Below are positions 18,101 to 27,187 of a DNA stretch of 49,533 nucleotides, in pieces (the stretch's first letter is position 1; each line of letters opens with the position of its first letter). Position numbers and translations under genes: made by a program. The notes beneath the pieces are model-generated. The model was not told the DNA's origin. It saw only the letters and a list, made by a program, of their open reading frames with translations, and did no database searches. The DNA comes from a virus, in IMG/VR virus record IMGVR_UViG_3300042114_000112, positions 1 to 49,533 of that record, one strand, 5' to 3'.

Positions 18101-21100
18101 TCCCCTAAAGCATATCCAGCATTTCTAAGTAACATTGTAGTTACTCCACCTATCTTATTATCAATAGAAATAAGTGATTTGTTCATCTGAGATAAAAGAT
18201 TGTGTTCAGGTTTTGCTAATTCAGATAAAATCTCTAAAGAGTTAGCTATAGAGTTACTTCCTTGTTCTGCATCTCCTAAAACTGTACCAGTACCTGTATT
18301 TGCTGTAATATCACTTAGAGTATCGTATGATGTAGATGTTTTATCTCCACCACCTAATGCTCCACCAACAATGATACCAAACGATGCTAAAAGTGCTGTC
18401 ATAGCTGCAACTCTAGCAAATGCTGTGTATGGGTCACCTGCTCCAGCTTGTTTTGCTACTGCTAATGTTCCAGCTACAGTTGTCTCAGCTCCCATAAGTG
18501 CTAAAGAAGCTGTTGAAGTTGCTGTTTGTGTCATAAGTGCTGACATCTGCATTGCCATTTGTGCCATATACATTGCTTGTTGTACTTTTTGGAAGTTTTT
18601 AGCTTGTGTAGAACCTTCTTTATAGAATGAACCTAAAGCACCTGCCATATTTCCATAAGCACCAACTGTATCTGTAGAGTATTTTTGTTGTGCTTTAGCT
18701 CTATCTTTATCTGATTTACTAACATCATACATTGTGCTATTGTATTCTACAAGAGAGTTATTCATATCTACGAAACCATTTGTGATAGAAGCTATAGAGT
18801 TTGATACCTCATCAAAACCATTTAATTTTATGTCTATAGTCATATCTTCTTTGTATTGTTTTATCAGATTTTCATTTTTAAATCTTTCTTGTGATTTTTC
18901 AAATACCTCATCAAGTTTTTTCTTTTCTTCTTCTGTTATACTTGATAAATTTGCTATTGAATCTTCAAATATTGCTTTATTTGCATCTAATCTTTCTTTG
19001 AGTCCAAGCTCATCATCTTGCTTTTTAATAGTATATTTTCCAATAAGGCTATTTATATCAGCTTTTCTTTTTTCCTCTATCTGTAATGACTTTTCATCTG
19101 CATCATTTTGTTTTTCTGAAAGTTTTAATATTATGTCGTAATATGATGCTTGATTTTTTAGCAATGCTTCTTTTGCTATATATATTGCATTTTCTTTTTC
19201 ATCTTTATCTGTTATCATCTCTGCTGATTCAAGTTGTTTTTTTAATCCATTTTCTACTAAAACATTTCTTTCAAGTTGTCTTATTTCTGCATTTTCAAAT
19301 TTTATTTTGTCAAGATTATCTATTTTATTAAATGCCTCTATAGCATTTTTTGTTATTTCTTGTTGTGTTTCAAAATCTAATCTTTGAAGTTCAATGTTAT
19401 GCTCTTTCTTCTCTTCCGTATTTAGTATAGATGATGCTTTTGTTGATTCTTTTTTGTTTATCTCTGCTAGTTCTTTTTGTAATGCTTGTACTCTTTTTTC
19501 ACCCTCTGATACGAGTTGAAGTTTCATATTTTTTGATTTGGTATCTAGTGTTTTATCTTTTGATTCTTTTTCTGTTAATTTTATACTGTCTTGAAGTTCT
19601 TTTATTTGTGATTGTAATGCTTGTGCTTGAGTAAGTGGTGCTTTATATTTATCTAATAACCCAATTAGTGTTTTTGATGCACTTCCTTCTGTCATTAATT
19701 CACCAAATGCTTTTGCTGTTGTTTGTATTCCACTTGCTACATTTACTGCTGCTACATATAGCTCTTTTGTTTTATACATTCCATCTATTTGAGCTTGAAT
19801 TGTGTCTTGTTGAGATTGTAGTCTAAATATTTCTTCTTTTGATAGCTTTCCAAAATCAGTCCATTCTCCTACTGCATTTTGTTTTCCAAATGTTCCTGAC
19901 ATTATTTGTTTTCCGATAGCATCTCTTTCTTTTATCATTTCAGATAAACCTACATTTATATCTGCTAATCCAGTTTGTGCTTGTGCTAAAGAAAGTTTTT
20001 TAATATCTTCAAGTTTTAAGCTTGTTGCATCGTGAAGTCTTTTCTCTTTATCTAATGTATCTCCTATTAAAAAGTTATAAGCTTCATAAGCAGCTATAAT
20101 AGCTAACATGGGTGCATTTTTTTTGAATGTTTCATTTAGCCTACCAAATGCTGTTCCAGTTTTATTTAATCCTGTTTCTGCGTCAATAGTTCCTCTTGCA
20201 AAATCAACTATTCCAATAGTAGCCGATTCTATTAGTGGAAGAGCATTTTTCCATACTAACATTCCACCTTTAACAAGTGCTAGATAAGTAGCAACTTGCA
20301 CAAGTGGAGGTACTATTGCAGCTACTGCATTTCCAACATCTTCAAAACCATTTGCTATTGCATCTATTTTTTGTGGAGTTAAATAGTTTGCTACACTTGC
20401 AAAACTTTTTGTTAATCCATCGAAAATAGGTTTTGTTGTTGTAGCAGCTAGAGACTGATAAGCATCTTTCATACGGTTAAATTGTATGTCGTATGTCATA
20501 AGTCCTTCAAGAACATCAAATGGTGCTAACATTTCATCGAGAAGTTTTTTTACTCCATCTTTACCACTTGCTTTTGCTTTTTCCATAGCTTGATTTGCTT
20601 GTGATGGACTTCCAAAAAGCATAGTAGATATAAGAGAGTCTGTAGAGGCATTTCCTGATAGTAAAGAACGAACTTCCTCTCTAACTCTATCTAGTGGCAT
20701 ACCTATAGCTCCAGCGATATTAGCCATTCTTTTTGATAGTTGGATAGTGTTATCTATTATCTCTTTTATGCTTCCACCCATAGAGTTACCCATAGATAAA
20801 GTTTGTCCTGTAGCTTGTTGAAAAATCATAATTAAATCTTCAAATGTACCAGCTGTATCAATAGCAGCTGTTTTTATTTTTTTCATTGTTTCAGCTGCTA
20901 TACTTTGTGACATAGCGAATTTTTGTTGATTTGTTACTGCTTGACCTGTTGATGTTGTCATTCTTGTATTTGCTGTTATAAGTGCTGCTATACCTTGAGT
21001 ATTTGACTCTATTGTTCTATTTACATTTATACCAACTCCAATAGTAGAATCCCAAGCACCTTTTAGCATATAGTAAGACACTATAAGAGTTTCTACTTGT

Positions 21101-21783
21101 CTAAGATGTCTTACTACTGCATTTGTAGCTGTTTCATAGCTACTTTTATTTTCTTTGAGAAGTTTTCCTTCTGTTGCTAGTCCTTTATTGTATTGGTCTT
21201 GTGATATAGCACCTGATGTAAGCATACCATCAAGTCGTTTTTTTGCTTCGTTGTATTTTACTTGTGCTGATGTAAGTTTGTATGTATTATCATATTGCTC
21301 TTTCATATTTGCAATATCTTTTTCTTGTGTACTTTGTCTTTTTGATTCTTGACCGTGTAATTGTTGAAGTGAATTTTTTGTTTCGTCTAATAATTTTTTA
21401 TATCTATTTATTTGTTCTATTGTTATTTGAGTATTTTTTACCTCAGCTCTTTTTTGGTCTATTGATTTTATTGAAATATCTAAATCTTTTTTCTTTGAGT
21501 CTATTAATTCTTTTGTTTGTTTTATTTTTTCTGTATTATTTGATGATATATCTTTTGCTAGTTGTTTTTCTGATTCTTTAATTTCTTTATTTAATGTAAT
21601 TATTTTTTTTCTATGTTCAGCTTCAATTTTTGCAAGTTCTTCTTTACTATGAATAAGCTTATCTATGTTTTCAGTTGATTCTTTAAAATAAGACTTCTCC
21701 GCTTCTGAAATGGACTTTATGGACTTTTCCCAATCTTTACCGTCTATCTTAAGTATGGTTTTTATTTCATTCGAAAAGCTCAT
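15121..21783 (-). CDS. Tape measure protein (2220 aa)
   Basis: Follows the G/GT pair. It has long coiled-coil N- and C-terminal parts, a central Gly/Ala-rich hydrophobic region, and a C-terminal FAKGTSYLPNDMVIQAHQSEMIIDP motif typical of tape measure proteins. Confidence 0.9.
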   Translation of the reverse strand: MSFSNEIKTILKIDGKDWEKSIKSISEAEKSYFKESTENIDKLIHSKEELAKIEAEHRKKIITLNKEIKESEKQLAKDISSNNTEKIKQTKELIDSKKKDLDISIKSIDQKRAEVKNTQITIEQINRYKKLLDETKNSLQQLHGQESKRQSTQEKDIANMKEQYDNTYKLTSAQVKYNEAKKRLDGMLTSGAISQDQYNKGLATEGKLLKENKSSYETATNAVVRHLRQVETLIVSYYMLKGAWDSTIGVGINVNRTIESNTQGIAALITANTRMTTSTGQAVTNQQKFAMSQSIAAETMKKIKTAAIDTAGTFEDLIMIFQQATGQTLSMGNSMGGSIKEIIDNTIQLSKRMANIAGAIGMPLDRVREEVRSLLSGNASTDSLISTMLFGSPSQANQAMEKAKASGKDGVKKLLDEMLAPFDVLEGLMTYDIQFNRMKDAYQSLAATTTKPIFDGLTKSFASVANYLTPQKIDAIANGFEDVGNAVAAIVPPLVQVATYLALVKGGMLVWKNALPLIESATIGIVDFARGTIDAETGLNKTGTAFGRLNETFKKNAPMLAIIAAYEAYNFLIGDTLDKEKRLHDATSLKLEDIKKLSLAQAQTGLADINVGLSEMIKERDAIGKQIMSGTFGKQNAVGEWTDFGKLSKEEIFRLQSQQDTIQAQIDGMYKTKELYVAAVNVASGIQTTAKAFGELMTEGSASKTLIGLLDKYKAPLTQAQALQSQIKELQDSIKLTEKESKDKTLDTKSKNMKLQLVSEGEKRVQALQKELAEINKKESTKASSILNTEEKKEHNIELQRLDFETQQEITKNAIEAFNKIDNLDKIKFENAEIRQLERNVLVENGLKKQLESAEMITDKDEKENAIYIAKEALLKNQASYYDIILKLSEKQNDADEKSLQIEEKRKADINSLIGKYTIKKQDDELGLKERLDANKAIFEDSIANLSSITEEEKKKLDEVFEKSQERFKNENLIKQYKEDMTIDIKLNGFDEVSNSIASITNGFVDMNNSLVEYNSTMYDVSKSDKDRAKAQQKYSTDTVGAYGNMAGALGSFYKEGSTQAKNFQKVQQAMYMAQMAMQMSALMTQTATSTASLALMGAETTVAGTLAVAKQAGAGDPYTAFARVAAMTALLASFGIIVGGALGGGDKTSTSYDTLSDITANTGTGTVLGDAEQGSNSIANSLEILSELAKPEHNLLSQMNKSLISIDNKIGGVTTMLLRNAGYALGEGYTNTSTGWNNKVGIGSTAGGVGGALALGTGLELSGMSIASAGGIGTSAIAAMPWVAGALVADKLLLDGAITGAISKTVGKISGGLFGKSSTSQSLTDSGLLFGEQLITKAKEDFEGSAYQTIATTVSKKSWFKSSSSTSYATYTEGMDEEIRNQFELILNNMYDTVVSTGDMLLDSKDTIVSRLDDFVVNLGKISLKGKSGAEMQQLISDVFGKTMDEMVADAYGTTLNAFQQVGETLSQTLSRVAVGISESEYYIKRLGTAFQDVSYLDIMETQGTVGFEALRQSIEKTDESIYGMDNGLVKLIESLSGTTEELYSTYTTLNELRSQISFLGQDISGLTSSMLLGAGGLEALQDGMTSYFENFLTEQEKSIYGTNSITKEFEKLNLLLPNGKDGFVNLVNSIDITTASGQELYGRLLLLSDGFAEATKNAKEMLSTQMSVELDMAELQRKLVEEQISTLEVATDKVQKLSDAFGSMSDSIQDTISNLLGNTQEGQSQSRLIQDFWSKMEDVNKLRAKGISNLTETESTRLQGLVGDIQSLSTNIQSSQFGDNSGITKSLVSELDGLKNNLDFDNKTIKAQIVDINGNVIGVAEETGIISSLVEQLKTYNKNIESQLNIDKTLTFEDFKAGGLLGTPDEIAFRQSFQAQDFSTFNDELSDLRTNLSYLSLSTTDTAKFLDDLSRTDSVGFENIIEFFKSTGGATSDINQAYILQQQKENEISKSLFSVEQNEILKNILSGTAEDLKDFAESFNIYGDENYWQKFKDMQTVANSKFFKEALGENLINDTIQETSDVIYTIANANSMKKYGDSAFLSNLQSNEIKESEYDAFIRLFKIASGKDIPTGASWAEYNNLWFTTSGIKDTLENTQSMLLGKMINSFTGNTIEELPSFAKGTSYLPNDMVIQAHQSEMIIDPQSSDVLRKYGIKVNTQTPANNFDSKENKGIIEAINKQTEEIKNLNSRLDKIDSNTKNTYDSLESAKTSRAFKTKVA

Positions 21784-21786
21784 AAT

Positions 21787-22922
21787 TTAATCCTTTTTTT
21801 GTTCTAATTTTGACTTGATAGATACAAAGTCATCCATATACTCTTCGAAGAGAAAGATGTCAATACCTTTTTCTTTTCCAAGTTCGTTTACTTTTAAAAT
21901 ATCTGGTGCTATAGCTACATCCAAACCCATTCCTACACCTTTATCTATAGTATAGATTGAAGCTTTTACTATAAATCTATACACCTCATCAGCTATCTCT
22001 GATATGGATGGAGGTTGAAGTGCTTTTAAAATTGTTGGTCGCTTTTCATAGTATTCGTGTGAGCTTGTGTTTATTCCAAAACTTTCATCTTGTCGAATCC
22101 TTTTTATAGCTTCCTGCCTTTCGTTAGAGTAGTGCCACGATATAAGTGACCCTATTTCTTTCCCACTGGTGGAGTGTATGAACCATTTGCATTATCAACT
22201 AGCTTTTTGTAAAGAAGATTTTTCTCCCAATCAGACATACTTGAAACATCAAGGTTACTCATGCTAAGAACTTTCTGTTTTTGCTCTTCTAATTGCTCTG
22301 TGTATGCTTTTATATCCTCAGATGATTTATTTAACTCTTCTTCTGTCATAGTTTGAGCATTTCTGTAGCTTTTTTGTATAGCTGAAATCACTTTTTGATT
22401 TGATTTTAGCATATCTCTTATCGCTTTTTTATTTGTATATGTAAGCGGTAAAAGTTCATTTTGAGACGGTATCTCTTTTATTGTTTCATTTTTTTTCTCA
22501 TCTTCATAAGTAAATAAGAAAACTTTATTTGATACTTCACTTGCAAATGTTAAAAGGTCTTTGATGTTTAAGTTTGGCATAGCATCAAGCTCTTCTATTG
22601 TGTAAACACCCTCTAGCAAATCTAAAAGTGCATCTTCGTTACTAATTTCACCTGCAAGTAATTTTTTTGATAATTCTTCTTGTATTTTATGTAGCTTTGG
22701 TTCTTCTAGTGGATTGTTTCCAATAGTTTTAAGCTTTTCAGCAAGAACTTCTGGCATTACTCTATTTTTCTCTTCATTTATTTTTTCTATCAAGTTTTCA
22801 AAGATAGATTCGTTTTCTGTTACTAATGGTGCTAATTCTGTGAATATAGCTTGTTGGCTTTCGCTCATATTTTCAACTGTTTTTTCTAATTTCAATAATA
22901 CTTCTTTTGTTTCTGGTTTCAT
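21787..22922 (-). CDS. Tail assembly chaperone GT-like fusion made by a -1 frameshift at 22158..22164
   Basis: The -1 frame stays open from the slippery site down to the stop at 21787. It has no start codon of its own other than a GTG at 21984. Confidence 0.7.
22152..22922 (-). CDS. Tail assembly chaperone G-like (acidic), 0-frame product
   Basis: Located between the major tail protein and the tape measure. I prefer the start at M18 (22922, AAAGG upstream) because the track start at 22973 lies inside an intergenic hairpin. Confidence 0.7.
   Translation of the reverse strand: MKPETKEVLLKLEKTVENMSESQQAIFTELAPLVTENESIFENLIEKINEEKNRVMPEVLAEKLKTIGNNPLEEPKLHKIQEELSKKLLAGEISNEDALLDLLEGVYTIEELDAMPNLNIKDLLTFASEVSNKVFLFTYEDEKKNETIKEIPSQNELLPLTYTNKKAIRDMLKSNQKVISAIQKSYRNAQTMTEEELNKSSEDIKAYTEQLEEQKQKVLSMSNLDVSSMSDWEKNLLYKKLVDNANGSYTPPVGKK
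22158..22164 (-). other. Programmed -1 ribosomal frameshift heptamer G GGA AAG
   Basis: The minus strand reads CCA GTG GGA AAG AAA TAG. This is the same heptamer as the lambda G/T site, 2 codons before the G stop. Confidence 0.75.
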
Positions 22923-22965
22923 ATTTTTGCCTTTATGATAAATTGTGTTTGCCTTTATAATCAGA

Positions 22966-22999
22966 TAGGGCATTGCCTAAAGGCAAAAGCAATACCCTA
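22966..22999 (-). promoter_or_regulatory. Intergenic hairpin between the major tail and chaperone genes (attenuator/processing candidate)
   Basis: The RNA reads UAGGGUAUUGC-N12-GCAAUGCCCUA (11 bp with one G-U pair). There is no U-tract. Confidence 0.4.
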
Positions 23000-23004
23000 T
23001 ATAC

Positions 23005-24171
23005 TTACAGTGACCAAGCTGTTGCTGTTTGGATTGTCCAAGTTGCCATAGCTTGAGATGCACTACCTGTTGGTTTTAACATAGCTTTTAAAAGTCTAGG
23101 CTCATTACCATTTGTTTGAATCTCTGGCTCATCAAATGTTACTGTTGGAACACTAACACTTACTTTTTCACCATCACCTTTTGTCATAGTGATAGCAACT
23201 GCTTTTACATCTTGTTTTAGTAAAACTTCGTACTCTACTGGGTCAAGTTCAATAACTGCTTCACCACTAAATGTTGGAGAGTTTACTTTTACAATTTGCT
23301 CTTTTGGTTCTGTACTATCTAACATACTTACATTTCTAGTATAGTTAAGTGAGAAATTATGAAGTGTTCCATATTTTGCACCATCTACTCTGATTGTACA
23401 GTCATCATTGATATATGTAATATCTCTTGGAGTAAATGTTGAAGTTACTGTTATATCTTCGAAATCTAACTCGCTGCTTCTTCTTGATTTTGTAGCCATA
23501 AGAGGAATAGATTGTTTTACACCGATTGTACCATCTGCTTTAGAGAAGTTAAAACTTGTCATTTCAACATTTTCCATAATAGTATCAAATACATTTGAAC
23601 TACCACATCCCTCTTGAACTCTCTCAATGATAAAGAATTTATCGGTACAAAATCCTGATGTGTGTGCTGTTGAAGTATAAAGATTATCTCTAAGCTTCCA
23701 AATAACATCTCCATCAACTAATAAGTTATCATAATCTGATTTACCAGTAATTACAGGTTCTGTTAATCCTGTTGTACCAGCATTTTGTGCTACTATATAT
23801 TTTCCACCTGAAAGTTTTTTTACTTCATCTTTAACTGTCAAAGTTGATAAAGCCCAAACTGATGCTGTTGTAGCTGTTTGTGTAGCACTTCCATAAGTTC
23901 CTGAAATTAAAGCTATCATCAATCCTGTAGCTACATTAATATCAAGATTACCTGAGTATTTTCTGCTTCCTACGATGTCTGATGCTTGTTGTCCACCATT
24001 TGCTATCAAATCAACTGTTTCTTTTTGTGGCTTGTCATCAACCGTAAAAGCTGTTACAAATCTTGAAACATCTATTGCTTTTGAAGCAACTCTTGTTGTT
24101 GTATTAAGGTCATTCATTCTACCGATTAGAATTTGTTTACCTCTGTACTGTGTGTTTTCTGCTACTGCCAT
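23005..24171 (-). CDS. Major tail (tube) protein, 388 aa
   Basis: Sits directly upstream of G/GT, the conserved siphovirus order. Larger than lambda gpV, so probably carries an extra C-terminal domain. Confidence 0.65.
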   Translation of the reverse strand: MAVAENTQYRGKQILIGRMNDLNTTTRVASKAIDVSRFVTAFTVDDKPQKETVDLIANGGQQASDIVGSRKYSGNLDINVATGLMIALISGTYGSATQTATTASVWALSTLTVKDEVKKLSGGKYIVAQNAGTTGLTEPVITGKSDYDNLLVDGDVIWKLRDNLYTSTAHTSGFCTDKFFIIERVQEGCGSSNVFDTIMENVEMTSFNFSKADGTIGVKQSIPLMATKSRRSSELDFEDITVTSTFTPRDITYINDDCTIRVDGAKYGTLHNFSLNYTRNVSMLDSTEPKEQIVKVNSPTFSGEAVIELDPVEYEVLLKQDVKAVAITMTKGDGEKVSVSVPTVTFDEPEIQTNGNEPRLLKAMLKPTGSASQAMATWTIQTATAWSL

Positions 24172-24179
24172 ATTAACTC

Positions 24180-24710
24180 CTAATTGTACATTGTACTTTT
24201 TTCATAAAGGTCAAGTTGAAGATATGATTTGACCTCACCGCTAACTGCATCATAATAATCTTCTGCATCTATATTCGCTGTTCTCAATAAAACACCTTGA
24301 ACACTACAACCTATTTTTTTATAGATTGCATCTGCTGATTTTCTTGCGATAATCCTCATAGTGTCAGATGGTGTATATGTCGTAACACCATTTACATCTA
24401 CTTTTGTACCAGTTGGTATCACAAAAGAAGTATCATCTTCTTGTATAGTACCAAACTCACCAAAGAAAGATACAAGTATTCTCCATTGGCTTTTATACCC
24501 ATCATTTGTGCCTTCATTGAAGTTGTGTTGCTCTGGTAACTTCACTACTGTAAATGTTGGCTTCTCTGCTGTAACTAAGCTATCTATCACGATAAGATTA
24601 TCTTCTCCAGTGAGTATTTTATCGAATTTTGATTGACAAAATGCTTGAATATCACTATCTTCTAAAATAATCTTAGCTATCGCATTTGTAATAGTTTCTG
24701 CTTGTGTCAT
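24180..24710 (-). CDS. Tail terminator (gpU-like by position)
   Basis: Immediately upstream of the major tail gene. Positional call only. Confidence 0.4.
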   Translation of the reverse strand: MTQAETITNAIAKIILEDSDIQAFCQSKFDKILTGEDNLIVIDSLVTAEKPTFTVVKLPEQHNFNEGTNDGYKSQWRILVSFFGEFGTIQEDDTSFVIPTGTKVDVNGVTTYTPSDTMRIIARKSADAIYKKIGCSVQGVLLRTANIDAEDYYDAVSGEVKSYLQLDLYEKSTMYN

Positions 24711-25375
24711 TATGCTACCCTTACTGTTTTAACTTGTGCCATTGATTTTTCTCTTCTCTCAATTCCTTCTTTGAATCCTTGAGTGATATACTTGTGTACT
24801 TGACCCATAGCATTTCTTCTTCCCTCTTCTATAAAGTATGTACCTTTTGTATGTTTTCCTTTAAAAGGCTCGTGGCTAGATTGATTAAACCAATGTATTC
24901 CACTTCCAATACCTTTTATAGTTTCAGATTCTTCATCAAGTCCAAAGTTAAGTTTTTGAAGTATGTCTATACTTCCTCTACCAACTTTATCTACTTTTTT
25001 AGTGCTTACTATTTTACCATTTTCTCTTATTTCAGTTTGTCCGCCAGGCATATTTGTAGCTACCATTGTGATACCTTTTGCTCCGTAAGTTCTAAACTGT
25101 ATAGTGTTGCTAAGATTAAATTTTGCAAAAGTACCATCTCTTTTAATTACATCTCCAAAAGGTCGTGTAATATCTTTGTAAACAAATCTTCTCTTTCCAT
25201 CTTTAACTTCTATATGCCAATGGGTTTTATTTCCCTCTAAAACATATCTTGTTTGCTTTGTAATAGCAGCAGCACTTTTAGAGTTTACTTCATTTCCAGT
25301 TTCCCAATGTGCTTCATATATAGGTATTAAACTTCGTGAAACATTTGAGTAATGTTCAGCACTAGCTGTCATCAT
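24710..25375 (-). CDS. Tail completion/neck protein (gpZ-like by position)
   Basis: Call based on synteny and size only. Confidence 0.35.
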   Translation of the reverse strand: MMTASAEHYSNVSRSLIPIYEAHWETGNEVNSKSAAAITKQTRYVLEGNKTHWHIEVKDGKRRFVYKDITRPFGDVIKRDGTFAKFNLSNTIQFRTYGAKGITMVATNMPGGQTEIRENGKIVSTKKVDKVGRGSIDILQKLNFGLDEESETIKGIGSGIHWFNQSSHEPFKGKHTKGTYFIEEGRRNAMGQVHKYITQGFKEGIERREKSMAQVKTVRVA

Positions 25376-25713
25376 CTAACCTTTACACTTTTTGAAGAGT
25401 TAAGTCTTATAGATTTTATAGCAAACACTTTAAATACACCAGCTACAACAGGAACAAAATACTCAACATTGTAAGTAACACCATCATAAGTAATATCATC
25501 GCCACGAGCAACAAAAGGAGTAATCATATCTAAAAAAGATATTTCATCCTCTATTTGCTTCCCATCAAGAGTATCTTTTTTTACTTGTCTAAAGTCACCA
25601 TATTCGATTTTAGCTTTTCTCAACACTTTTCTGTGCATAACTTCTTCAAAATCAGTAGATGACCTTGTAGCTTCTGCAAGTATTGTTTTTTTCATTAAAT
25701 CTTTTGGTGACAT
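25372..25713 (-). CDS. Head-tail joining protein (gpFII-like by position and size)
   Basis: 113 aa, in the lambda FII slot. Confidence 0.4.
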   Translation of the reverse strand: MSPKDLMKKTILAEATRSSTDFEEVMHRKVLRKAKIEYGDFRQVKKDTLDGKQIEDEISFLDMITPFVARGDDITYDGVTYNVEYFVPVVAGVFKVFAIKSIRLNSSKSVKVR

Positions 25714-25718
25714 CTATA

Positions 25719-25862
25719 CTACTCTTCTTTTTTTGATGATTTTTTTACAACAGGCTTCAAGTTATCTTTTAAAACTTTGTAAGCTTCATCGCTTACAGAT
25801 ATTTTATCTCCAACTTTATACGATGCTTTACCATGGTTAAAATCTTTTGTTACTTCATACAT
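25719..25862 (-). CDS. Small hypothetical protein (47 aa from M24)
   Basis: The ATG at 25862 overlaps the upstream stop (ATGTATGA). The track start at 25931 would overlap the upstream gene by 77 nt. Confidence 0.4.
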   Translation of the reverse strand: MYEVTKDFNHGKASYKVGDKISVSDEAYKVLKDNLKPVVKKSSKKEE

Positions 25863-26154
25863 TTTTATCACCAAGATATGCTTTGTATGATTCTGGAACA
25901 GTGCCTTTTGCACTAGCAATAGCTTCTTCAACTATAGACTTTAATGTTTCAACTTCTTCACTTTTTGCAACCAATTTAGCTTTTAAAGACTTAATTTCAG
26001 CAGTAAATATTTCAACTTCTTCACTTTTTGCAACAGTAGGCTCTCCGTTTCCGATAATTCCTCTTTTAACCAATTCAGCTTCAAGAGAAGAGTCTCCTAG
26101 AAACTCTTGCCCTTTAACTGCATCTTGACTAGGAAAATTTACTAAGTAAATCAT
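25855..26154 (-). CDS. Coiled-coil protein with an internal repeat (gpFI slot)
   Basis: Follows the major capsid gene and contains VAKSEEVE twice. Confidence 0.5.
   Translation of the reverse strand: MIYLVNFPSQDAVKGQEFLGDSSLEAELVKRGIIGNGEPTVAKSEEVEIFTAEIKSLKAKLVAKSEEVETLKSIVEEAIASAKGTVPESYKAYLGDKNV
25947..26034. repeat. Perfect 25-bp direct repeat (25947..25971 and 26010..26034), 63-bp period, in frame
   Basis: TTTCAACTTCTTCACTTTTTGCAAC read twice on the plus strand. Confidence 0.85.
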
Positions 26155-26164
26155 AATTAACTCC

Positions 26165-27187
26165 TTATCTTGTAGTCAAGTGACCAAATGCAGCAGATTG
26201 TGTAAGTGCATACATTTTAGCTGACTTGAATTGCCAAGACTTAGCAACAGCATCTTTATCTACTGATTCGATTATAACTTCTTTAGACTCAACAACAGCA
26301 GGATTTCCACTTGCATCGATAACATCTTGTGAACCATAGTAAATATCAAGTTCAGCAGTTGAAGCAAATGGGATATAAGCAGATGCAGGTATGATAGAGT
26401 TTCCACTCTCATCAAAGTCAATAAACTCATAAATTTCTTTACCATCAAGCATACCCCAATAGATAAGACCATTGCTTCTTATTTCTTTGAAAGCATCTCC
26501 AAATTCAATTCTTGGATTTAAAAGCAAGTTTTGAATTTTTGCATTTCCTAACATATCAGTAATAGTAAGTTTTCCAACGATTGCTCTATCGGGAGAAAGT
26601 CCACTATCTTTAATGATAAGCTCATCAATAGCTCTCATATCAGCCCAAATGTCAGCATCACCATTATTCCAAGCAGTACCTACAGTATAAATATGTGAAG
26701 ATGGTATTTGGAAGTTTTCTTCTCTTGTAGCTTTTACACTACCTTTATCATCATACTCAGCAATTACTAATTTACCAGTAGTAATCAAATCTCTTACTTG
26801 TTTGTTGTAAGTCATTTGTTTTCTGTTTTTAAATCTTGTAAGTTGTCTGTTTACGATAGTTTGGAATTTATCTCCAGCAGGTGTATTGATATTTCCTTCA
26901 CCAAAATTTCTTTTTTTCAAATCTTGTGCAGTTACTACAAACTTTTCATCAATAAGTGGTGGTGTAACTTGTACAGTAGTCCATCCCTCAAGTCCAATAG
27001 TTTGACCTTTTGATTTTCTAGCTGTATATTTTGATACACCTCTAGTTCCATCAAATATATCTACAGATACAGTTTCAGTATCAAATGTTTCTTCTGGTGC
27101 ATTACCAAATACTAATTCTTCAAGACCAGTTTTAGCAGCTTTAGTTTGCTCAAGACCTGCTATGATTACTTCGTTTAAATCTTCCAT
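26165..27187 (-). CDS. Major capsid protein, lambda gpE-like family
   Basis: 340 aa, downstream of the protease and decoration genes. The N-terminal pattern ...DIFDGTRGVSKYTARKSKGQTIGLEGWTTVQVTPPLIDEKF resembles the gpE family (recalled). Confidence 0.75.
   Translation of the reverse strand: MEDLNEVIIAGLEQTKAAKTGLEELVFGNAPEETFDTETVSVDIFDGTRGVSKYTARKSKGQTIGLEGWTTVQVTPPLIDEKFVVTAQDLKKRNFGEGNINTPAGDKFQTIVNRQLTRFKNRKQMTYNKQVRDLITTGKLVIAEYDDKGSVKATREENFQIPSSHIYTVGTAWNNGDADIWADMRAIDELIIKDSGLSPDRAIVGKLTITDMLGNAKIQNLLLNPRIEFGDAFKEIRSNGLIYWGMLDGKEIYEFIDFDESGNSIIPASAYIPFASTAELDIYYGSQDVIDASGNPAVVESKEVIIESVDKDAVAKSWQFKSAKMYALTQSAAFGHLTTR

Noticed and set aside
15121-21783. Eleven plus-strand track ORFs inside the tape measure gene (for example 17774..18190, 18200..18625, 18734..19141, 21282..21581).
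   Set aside because: They lie entirely antisense to a 2220-aa ORF with tape measure hallmarks. Their translations are low-complexity Leu/Phe/Ser/Ile/Pro strings typical of shadow frames, and no Shine-Dalgarno sequences are present.
23005-24171. Tail sheath identity for the 388-aa protein (which would imply a contractile tail).
   Set aside because: The size would fit a small sheath. However, no tube or baseplate-wedge genes follow, and the gene sits directly before a G/GT frameshift pair and a tape measure. That is the position of the siphovirus major tail protein.
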